A stretch of 64,000 nucleotides of DNA from Patescibacteria group bacterium (GTDB lineage Bacteria; Patescibacteriota; Microgenomatia; Daviesbacterales; UBA10151), in assembly GCA_023379125.1 (NCBI GenBank), contig JAMCSY010000004.1:122588-186587 (forward strand), written 5' to 3'. Positions 57,220 through 64,000 of this stretch are shown here, one piece after another. Within the stretch, counting starts at the first letter, position 1. Every line of letters begins with the position of its first letter. The notes under the pieces were generated by a model. It did no database searches and was not told the origin of the DNA. It saw nothing but the letters and a program-made list of their open reading frames with translations. Position numbers and translations under genes: made by a program.

Positions 57220-58245
57220 TTATTTCCCAGTTATTTTAAGAAGTAATGATTTTAATTTAGTAGCTCGATCAATAAGTGTAAAAGCTTGATAAACAGGTTG
57301 GTTAAAAACCAGATCAAAACTACCAATATATTCAACTAAATTTGCTCCTAAGTTGGCTTTGAATCTGGTAAAACCAAACCAAGGATCATTAGGTGGAGCA
57401 TCAGGTGGTGCTGCTCCCCACAGATCAAATGTTTTTAACTTCATTTTTTTACCATAACGGATTGCTTCCCAGGCCAACAGAGTGGGGGCCATGACATGTT
57501 TATATTCAGCTGAGGATCCTCCATAGGGATAATACAAAGTGTCTTGAAAGTTAAGCAGCATCCAAGAGGCTAGTGGTATGGGTGGAAGAAGTTTATTAGG
57601 TTGATAAAAGGCAATGAGGATTTTGGCCATACCAGCTTTAGCTAAAGTTTCCCAACAAAGACGATGATAAGTTTCATTATGTCCTAAATAGCCTTGTCTG
57701 TGTGTTGTTTCAAAGTATAATTTTAAGTGGATTTCTAAAGCAGCGGGATCGTCACGTTCTTCCACCCAGACTTTATGCTTTTTAGCTACCTTGATGTTAT
57801 AACGAGTTTTCGCGTGCATCTTTATTAAGAGTTGCTCCTCACTTAGTTTTAAATCAATTAAATAATTATTCTTAGTGAAATATGGTTTGCTCGAAGGATG
57901 AAATGACTTATCAATTTTGCCATGAACCTCGTTTTTTAATGCCATTGGTTCAACTTTAATGGCTGCGCAGCTATATTGCTGGCCAATTTGTCTAAGTGCT
58001 AAAGCGAGTTGTTGATTAGGAAAAGGCCCCTTAGGTAAATAGCCTATATTTTGTTGGAGATAGGGTATTTGATGTAAATCTAACTGAAAAGCAGTTTGTA
58101 ACTTACGATGATCAAATATACCATAACGCAACACCGTTAAACCTAGTCTTTGCCTAAACTCTCCCCATTCCCAAGATTGAATAACATGAGAAACAAGTTG
58201 ATTATATTGCTTTTTATCTTGGCTGGTGATTTGTTTTAAATCCAT
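57220..58245 (-). CDS. FemAB-family peptidoglycan interpeptide-bridge aminoacyltransferase.
   Basis: WEWGEF N-terminal motif and C-terminal YPYGGSS...FDLWGAAP...GFTRFKANLG. Confidence 0.7.
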   Translation of the reverse strand: MDLKQITSQDKKQYNQLVSHVIQSWEWGEFRQRLGLTVLRYGIFDHRKLQTAFQLDLHQIPYLQQNIGYLPKGPFPNQQLALALRQIGQQYSCAAIKVEPMALKNEVHGKIDKSFHPSSKPYFTKNNYLIDLKLSEEQLLIKMHAKTRYNIKVAKKHKVWVEERDDPAALEIHLKLYFETTHRQGYLGHNETYHRLCWETLAKAGMAKILIAFYQPNKLLPPIPLASWMLLNFQDTLYYPYGGSSAEYKHVMAPTLLAWEAIRYGKKMKLKTFDLWGAAPPDAPPNDPWFGFTRFKANLGANLVEYIGSFDLVFNQPVYQAFTLIDRATKLKSLLLKITGK

Positions 58246-58337
58246 CAGCTATAATTTTAGCTTATATTCAGACTTTACTCAAAACCTAGATTTGAAATAT
58301 TGCTTAAATTGTGAGAGAATAGCCGATAGAAAAATAT

Positions 58338-59012
58338 ATGGATCAAAGAACTCGACAAATTATGGTTGGAGCCTTAGCTGTTTTTATTGTGGTGGTGATT
58401 GCTGCGATTATTTACTATTTAACCAAGACAACACTACCTGGTTCGTCTACACAAACTGCCGCAGTGGTAACTCCGCCACCTTTTTATGTCACACCGAGCC
58501 CCTTTGCTAATTTGGGAACAACTTCTAATATTGCCAGTAATGGAGCAACCTTACCAAGTGGTTCAACTAATACTACTGCTCCCCTCCAGGGTACAGGTAG
58601 TTTAGCGGGCACAAAAATATATAATAGAGATAACTTTACTATTTATTATCCTGAGACTTGGGGACTACTAACATGTTCTAATTCCAAAAATATTGAATTT
58701 GATCCCACTTCTAATCAAGATTTACCACAAGTTGTCTGTAACATCGCTGTCAAACCAATCACTGTTTTAGTGTCTTCGCAATTATCTTGTTCCGGCACTA
58801 CGACAAAAATAGGTGGTTATACAGTAGTAAAATCCTCAGTCACAAAAGATGATGGTATCACCACTAACCGTTGGTGTGTTGATTTAGGGGTGACCAAATT
58901 GGATATTACCGATCGAGTAGCTGCGACTGGTGCCCGGGCAACTGCAACTCAAGATTATAGTAGTCAAATTGAACAGCTGATTCAGAACATTAAAGTTGCT
59001 GGTGCTTCTTAA
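58338..59012 (+). CDS. Secreted or membrane-anchored hypothetical protein with a Ser/Thr-rich region.
   Basis: N-terminal signal anchor then low complexity. 224 aa. Confidence 0.45.
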   Translation: MDQRTRQIMVGALAVFIVVVIAAIIYYLTKTTLPGSSTQTAAVVTPPPFYVTPSPFANLGTTSNIASNGATLPSGSTNTTAPLQGTGSLAGTKIYNRDNFTIYYPETWGLLTCSNSKNIEFDPTSNQDLPQVVCNIAVKPITVLVSSQLSCSGTTTKIGGYTVVKSSVTKDDGITTNRWCVDLGVTKLDITDRVAATGARATATQDYSSQIEQLIQNIKVAGAS

Positions 59013-59070
59013 TTGCTCCTTTTAAATTCGACAATTGTGCTTAGATCTTCTCTGTGCATAAAATTAGCTG

Positions 59071-60309
59071 GTGGCCAAATTATTACCAATACACAGACCA
59101 AAAAGCATCTTAAAGGAAAAATTTTTATTAGCAGGAATTTTACTGTTTTGTCTAGTCTTTAGTTTTTTAATTTGGCAAAAACTATTTTTTATTCAGCAGA
59201 GTCATTTTACTGATTTAGCTGCTGCCTTACTGCAAGGCAAACTAGCCTTGGTGCCTCCTGTTAAATATAGTGCTTGGCAAGATACTGCCTTTTTTCAGGG
59301 TAAATACTATGTTTATTTTGGTCCCATTCCAGCTTTGTTATTACTACCATGTGTTGCCTTGTTTGGTTCAGGCTTTAATCAGCAAGTTTTGAGCATTCTA
59401 TTAGTAGCAGTTAATTTTTATTTGTTATTTAGATTGGCTAAAAAACTTGGCTTGTCTACTTTAGATGCTTGCTGGCTTAGCATTGCTTTGGTTTTTGGCT
59501 CAGTCTTAACCTTTGTAAGTTTGGTTAATATTTCTGCCTATTTAGTACAAGTAGTTGGCTTTACTTTATTACTTCTGGCTGTATATGAGTTTTTGAACCA
59601 AAAACGGTATTGGCTAGTTGGGATTTTGTTAGCTCTTGCTGGCATGACGAGACCCAGTTTGTATTTTGGGGCTAGTTTTTTTATTTTGACAATTGCATTT
59701 TCTCAACAATCAGGTAAAACACTGAAATTAATGAGCTTTTTGTTACCAGTTATATTTAGTTTAGGAATCTTAGGTGGTTATAATTTTGCCCGCTTTGGCG
59801 ATATTTTAAATGGTGGTTACTCTTATAACACCACTTGGCCTCCAGGAATGAAAGAGGCTGTAGAATTTGGGCTATTCTCACCCAGACATATTCTAGGTAA
59901 TCTTTATTTCCTCTTCTTTAAAGGTCCGGATCCAGTCAGAATTTCTGACTTAAGTTATGTTTTAAAAGCTCCGTTTTTGAAAGCTAGTGAATGGGGCATG
60001 GGAATTTTTTACACCTCACCTATTTTTTTGTACCTGGCTCAGCTAAAAATCAAAGATCGACTTGTGCAGTACTTGCTTGCTGGTGTAGTTATTGGACTGC
60101 TACCAGCCTTAACTTATGCTGGAATTGGTTTGTGGCAGTATGGTTACCGTTACGCAGTTGATATCTACCCATTTCTTTTGGTGTTATTGTGTTTGGTGTT
60201 TAAGGAACGAGGGGTGCCAAATTTAGCCAAAGTGCTGATTGTTTATTCCTTAATTTTCAATTTCTATTTAATGGGGAGTCCTTGGGGAGTATATCCAGTT
60301 AACTTCTGA
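59071..60309 (+). CDS. Polytopic membrane protein, putative GT-C-fold glycosyltransferase (ArnT/PMT-like).
   Basis: About 11 TM helices. The N-terminal loop has GKYYVYFGPIPALLLLP. Confidence 0.4.
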   Translation: MAKLLPIHRPKSILKEKFLLAGILLFCLVFSFLIWQKLFFIQQSHFTDLAAALLQGKLALVPPVKYSAWQDTAFFQGKYYVYFGPIPALLLLPCVALFGSGFNQQVLSILLVAVNFYLLFRLAKKLGLSTLDACWLSIALVFGSVLTFVSLVNISAYLVQVVGFTLLLLAVYEFLNQKRYWLVGILLALAGMTRPSLYFGASFFILTIAFSQQSGKTLKLMSFLLPVIFSLGILGGYNFARFGDILNGGYSYNTTWPPGMKEAVEFGLFSPRHILGNLYFLFFKGPDPVRISDLSYVLKAPFLKASEWGMGIFYTSPIFLYLAQLKIKDRLVQYLLAGVVIGLLPALTYAGIGLWQYGYRYAVDIYPFLLVLLCLVFKERGVPNLAKVLIVYSLIFNFYLMGSPWGVYPVNF

Positions 60310-60999
60310 TTAGAAAATCTTCACGTTAGCTTGTTGTTTGAGGGTTTGGAATTTGTCTGAAAAAACTTGCTGCAACTTTTGTTGTTGCAAAGCATCTTTT
60401 GCTTCTTGCTGTTGTTGAGCTGAATCAGAGGAGCTAAATTGTCCTTGGTTATTTTTTATGTATTGATTAATTTCATCTGCGGAAACTGTTGCCTCATTAG
60501 AGTAAAGTTTTTCAATAATTAGGTTAATTTTTACTTGGTCTCTGAGAGATTGTCTGTCTTGCCCTTGTTGAGAGAGTAGCGAATCCAAAGTGGATGCTCC
60601 ACCAACACTTTGTTCGATTTGTGTAATTCTGTTATCAATATCAGCATTTGTTACAACCACGCCTTGTTTTTGGGCCTCGTCTGTTAGGATCTTCTCATTG
60701 ATTAATTGGTTAAGTACTTGTGATCGATATTGTTGATTTAAAGCATTTTGTAGCTCTAGGTTGGTAATTGGGGCTCCGTCAACGGTAGCTGCAATAAACC
60801 AACTTTTCTTGTAATAGGCTAGGGCTAATAAAACAACAAAAATTAAGACGATAATCAATCCTTTGGAAAAACGAAAACCTCGTAGAGGGTTTGATGGTAA
60901 AACTAAAGTTCGCTGAGCCTTGCGCGGACTAGTAATAGATGACTGCTCCGCCTCCTCAGATTGTGTGGTTGCTTTATGTGCCTTGCTAGATCTGGGCAT
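60310..60999 (-). CDS. Membrane-anchored SurA-N/PrsA-like chaperone domain protein.
   Basis: TM anchor, then AATVDGAPITNLELQNAL...LINEKILTDEAQKQG, a SurA N-terminal domain pattern. No PPIase domain. Confidence 0.5.
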   Translation of the reverse strand: MPRSSKAHKATTQSEEAEQSSITSPRKAQRTLVLPSNPLRGFRFSKGLIIVLIFVVLLALAYYKKSWFIAATVDGAPITNLELQNALNQQYRSQVLNQLINEKILTDEAQKQGVVVTNADIDNRITQIEQSVGGASTLDSLLSQQGQDRQSLRDQVKINLIIEKLYSNEATVSADEINQYIKNNQGQFSSSDSAQQQQEAKDALQQQKLQQVFSDKFQTLKQQANVKIF

Positions 61000-61066
61000 G
61001 AGGTGATGTTAGCAGATGAGTTTATTTTTGACAATAGGCCAATCTTAGAGGACAATCAAAGAAGAA

Positions 61067-61756
61067 ATGAAAAAAAGTGGGCAAGAGCGAGGTTTAGCAG
61101 GTTTAATGGTGGTTTTGGGGATGATTCTCCTGGCTGGCATGCTGACTGGTGCCTATGTGATGACTCATTATGGGTTATATAACTCGGATGGATCACGCAT
61201 GTCAGCTGGTGATGCTTTCGACTATACTTTTTTAGACAAACCACCTACCCCAACACCGGATTTAACTCGCGACTGGATGACCTATCCTAGCAAAATCAAT
61301 CACTATGTCATTCGGGTGCCACAAGGTTGGCGGGTTGATGATTCGGTAGGGAGTTTTATTAATTCTTCTGGTGAGGTTGTGTTTACTCCACCTGCTGGTT
61401 TAAGTCTTGATAGAACGACAGCCAAAGTAACAGTGGTAGCCTTAACTTCTCCTAACACCCGATACCCGCTAAACAGCCGAGATCAATTTACTCAGTGGTT
61501 AAATGAACCAGCTTCGCCTAGTGCCAGCGAAAGAATATTTAAGTTAGCCAATGCTCAATTGGATGGGCTAGAGGCAGTGGAATATGTCAGTCGTAGCTTA
61601 CCCACAGATAATGGCGCGCAGTATTACAATATTGTAACTTGGCTGCAAAAGGATTCAATTAATTATTATATTGAACTTAGTGGAACACTAGATCAAGTTA
61701 ATCAGATTCGTGATACTTATGAGCAAATTTTAACTACCTTCCGTTTTGCTAATTAA
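61067..61756 (+). CDS. Membrane-anchored hypothetical protein.
   Basis: 229-aa ORF with a signal anchor. Confidence 0.45.
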   Translation: MKKSGQERGLAGLMVVLGMILLAGMLTGAYVMTHYGLYNSDGSRMSAGDAFDYTFLDKPPTPTPDLTRDWMTYPSKINHYVIRVPQGWRVDDSVGSFINSSGEVVFTPPAGLSLDRTTAKVTVVALTSPNTRYPLNSRDQFTQWLNEPASPSASERIFKLANAQLDGLEAVEYVSRSLPTDNGAQYYNIVTWLQKDSINYYIELSGTLDQVNQIRDTYEQILTTFRFAN

Positions 61757-62474
61757 GTATATAAATATCCACAAAGTGAGCATACCAACCTGCGGTGTGG
61801 GCATCAGGAAAACCTAGATCGATAATGTTACCTTTTATTGCTCCTCCAGTATCCCCAGCAATAGCGGGGCCATATCCCGGTACATAAACTTTCGAACCCA
61901 ATTTTATGATAGTTGGATCAACAGCGATTACTCCCTTGCCTTGTGGCAGACCTGTTGCTGTCCAGGCACTACAGCCTAGACAGTGTGAATCATAGTGAGT
62001 GGCCCAAACATGAAGTTTTTTCCAGTAACGAATTTGGCCATCTGGTGTATCTAGGGTTCGCCAAACAATCTTAGTGCCGCGTGAGATAATTTTATCCTGG
62101 GGTGGAATAATCTCTGTCCCCACAATTTCGCGGCTATATTCACGCCCTTCGTAATAAGTAATTTTAGTAATTATAGTTTTGCTTCCGTCCTTACCCTCAT
62201 TTAATGTAGTGTCTATACCTGCCTCGGTATTAGGATCGTCTTTATAAACAGTTTGCCGAGGGATGGCGATAGTATTATCGATTAAGCTGTCAGAGAATAA
62301 GGAATTGGTTTTGATTGGTTGTAGGTTAGCAGGTGTGGGTGAGATTGGCGGTGGATCAGCAGGTGGCTGGAAAACGCTAGCTCCTAAAATCACAGGCTGT
62401 TTGGCAAAAAATAGTGCTGCTATCAAGATGATCAGGCCACCAATTAGTGCTTGCATCTTAAAAGATAATATCAA
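61749..62474 (-). CDS. 3D-domain (MltA/RlpA-like) cell-wall-binding protein with a G5-like segment.
   Basis: C-terminal DPTIIKLGSKVYVPGYGPAIAGDTGGAIKGNIIDLGF 3D signature. Signal anchor. Confidence 0.7.
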   Translation of the reverse strand: MILSFKMQALIGGLIILIAALFFAKQPVILGASVFQPPADPPPISPTPANLQPIKTNSLFSDSLIDNTIAIPRQTVYKDDPNTEAGIDTTLNEGKDGSKTIITKITYYEGREYSREIVGTEIIPPQDKIISRGTKIVWRTLDTPDGQIRYWKKLHVWATHYDSHCLGCSAWTATGLPQGKGVIAVDPTIIKLGSKVYVPGYGPAIAGDTGGAIKGNIIDLGFPDAHTAGWYAHFVDIYILN

Positions 62475-62494
62475 ATTCCCAAAAAGCTGTTAAA

Positions 62495-64000
62495 CTAGTC
62501 GTTGAGCCAATCGTCCTGATCTCGAGATTGAAAAACATCCTCATTAGTGTCTTCAAGATCTTGATAATTAATATTACTCTGAGTGAGCTCTTCTGGAATA
62601 TCCATGATAAAGCGTGAAACTAGATTATTTGATCTAGTCCCAAAAAATAACCGTTGCCTAGTGTAGGTGAGAAACAAAAACTGTTTAGCACGGGTGATTC
62701 CTACATAACACAACCTTCTTTCTTCTTCCATTTCTTGAGGGTCAAGTAAGCAGCGTGAGTGAGGGAATAATCCTTCTTCCATACCCACCATAAACACTAC
62801 TGGCCATTCTAAACCTTTGGCTTGATGCAAGGTTGTAAGAGTTACCCGTTCTGATTTATTGTTTTTTTGTTTCTCATCTGATGAATACTCGCTTTCTACC
62901 AGAGCTACATTTTCTAAAAAATCAGTGAGGTTGGGGAACTGTTCTGCTACTGAACCGAGTTCTTTAACATTTTCCACCCGAGCCTTACCAGTTTCTGTTT
63001 GATCGTCAATGTAGTCTAGGTAGCCAGTGTGGGTGAGAATCAGATCCATAATTTCTAAAGTGGAATAGTTAACTAAATTGGTGTAGATTTCTTGGTATAA
63101 ATTATCAAACTTGGCTAGTCGGCCTTTGCCAATTTTTTCTGCTCTGGAACGGCTGACAGAATCAGTAGGATTAATCATCAATTTTAAATAAGCCAAGATG
63201 TCTTTAATCTCTTTGCGCTCATAGAATCTTGTTCCGCCGACTAAAATATAAGGCAGTCCGCTTTTTAGAAACACTTCTTCTAGGCTTCGTGATTGGGCAT
63301 TAGTGCGATAAAGTACGGCATAGCTAGATAGTGGTAAATGCAGCTCGTTGATCTGTTTGGCTAAAAACATCGCTTCTTCTGTCTCATTGCGCAATTGCAC
63401 TATTTGTATTTTTGAACCAGCTTCGTTTCTGGTCCAGAGTTTCAGAATTGGATGGGAACGATTTTTAGAAATAACTGCATAAGCAGTATCTAAAATGTTT
63501 TGAGTTGAACGATAATTTTGTTCTAAATTAAAGATTTTGGCCTGAGGGTAATCTCTTTCGAAATTAACAATGTTACGAAAGTCTGCCCCTCTGAACATAT
63601 AAATTGATTGCGAGGCATCACCTACCACACAAATATTTTTATGACGCCTGGCTAGTAATTTAGAGAGTAAATATTGGACAGGGTTTGTATCTTGATATTC
63701 ATCAATTAAGATATATTGGAATTGGATTTGATATCTTTGTAGAACTTCTGGATAGTTTTGAAAGAGTTTAACTGTTAGCAACATTAAATCATCAAAATCT
63801 ACTGCCTGATTTTTGTCCAAAATTTCTTGATACTTTAAGTAAACTTTAGCCACAGTTTCCTGAAAAAAGCCTCGAGCATATTGAGGATATTCCGTGGCAG
63901 AAAGCATCTCATTTTTAGCTTGAGAAATCGTGTTCTTGATAGATGTGGGTGAGTTCTTTTGAGAAGATAAATCAAGGGTGACCATTGCCTGCTTGACAGC
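62495..64000 (-). CDS. UvrD/PcrA-family DNA helicase. It is partial, with the N-terminus beyond the window end.
   Basis: Motifs ILIDEYQDTN, VGDASQSIYMFRGA, NYRS and GTRFYERKEIKD. The ORF is open to nt 64000. Confidence 0.8.
   Translation of the reverse strand, partial: AVKQAMVTLDLSSQKNSPTSIKNTISQAKNEMLSATEYPQYARGFFQETVAKVYLKYQEILDKNQAVDFDDLMLLTVKLFQNYPEVLQRYQIQFQYILIDEYQDTNPVQYLLSKLLARRHKNICVVGDASQSIYMFRGADFRNIVNFERDYPQAKIFNLEQNYRSTQNILDTAYAVISKNRSHPILKLWTRNEAGSKIQIVQLRNETEEAMFLAKQINELHLPLSSYAVLYRTNAQSRSLEEVFLKSGLPYILVGGTRFYERKEIKDILAYLKLMINPTDSVSRSRAEKIGKGRLAKFDNLYQEIYTNLVNYSTLEIMDLILTHTGYLDYIDDQTETGKARVENVKELGSVAEQFPNLTDFLENVALVESEYSSDEKQKNNKSERVTLTTLHQAKGLEWPVVFMVGMEEGLFPHSRCLLDPQEMEEERRLCYVGITRAKQFLFLTYTRQRLFFGTRSNNLVSRFIMDIPEELTQSNINYQDLEDTNEDVFQSRDQDDWLND

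Noticed and set aside
1-64000. CRISPR arrays, transposases or integrases, and rRNA or tRNA genes.
   Set aside because: No regularly spaced direct repeats, no DDE or tyrosine-recombinase ORFs, and no rRNA or tRNA signatures were seen by eye. tRNAs in particular cannot be fully excluded without a covariance search.

Overview
This is a low-GC, very gene-dense bacterial chromosomal segment of about 64 kb. The genetic code looks standard, with TGA and TAA used as stops. I infer a reduced-genome, Gram-positive-like lineage (CPR/Patescibacteria-type) from truncated aaRS genes (ValS 718 aa, MetG 473 aa), tandem FemAB genes and many P/T/S/Q-rich low-complexity linkers.

The window spans the chromosomal replication origin. 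rpmH (missed by the ORF track), rnpA, yidD, yidC and jag sit on the + strand. They diverge from dnaA, a small membrane-anchored nuclease-like gene and dnaN on the - strand. DnaA-box clusters lie both upstream of dnaA and in the dnaA-dnaN gap.

Directly abutting dnaN is the most interesting locus, at 1-12097. It is a compact VirB4-centred type IV secretion-like operon. Its VirB4 ATPase is split into two translationally coupled genes. It also has a 2-TM hairpin protein fused to a coiled coil and a carboxypeptidase-regulatory-like domain, a TM-anchored CHAP cell-wall hydrolase, two Ig-like membrane-anchored paralogs and a VirB6/TrbL-like polytopic protein at the window edge. Two unknown divergent genes are embedded in it. 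No VirD4, relaxase or VirB11 is visible in the window.

The rest is mostly housekeeping: rplY, valS, tsaD, murB, groES/groEL, metG, tatD, sbcCD, uvrD/pcrA (partial), hsp20 and an M23 peptidase. There are also envelope and glycan genes (a UbiA-family prenyltransferase, a GT4 and a GT2 synthase, a GT-C-like protein, tandem FemAB, VanW and a 3D-domain protein) and secreted proteins.

Other oddities:
- Two orphan genes are inserted between groES and groEL.
- A NUDIX gene is inserted between sbcD and sbcC.
- There is a stand-alone Cas4-like Fe-S nuclease.
- A 585-bp intergenic region carries a CIRCE-like palindrome and three exact 24-nt-phased repeats over a start codon.
- There is a 319-bp gap upstream of rplY.

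I saw no tRNA, rRNA, CRISPR array, transposase or integrase.
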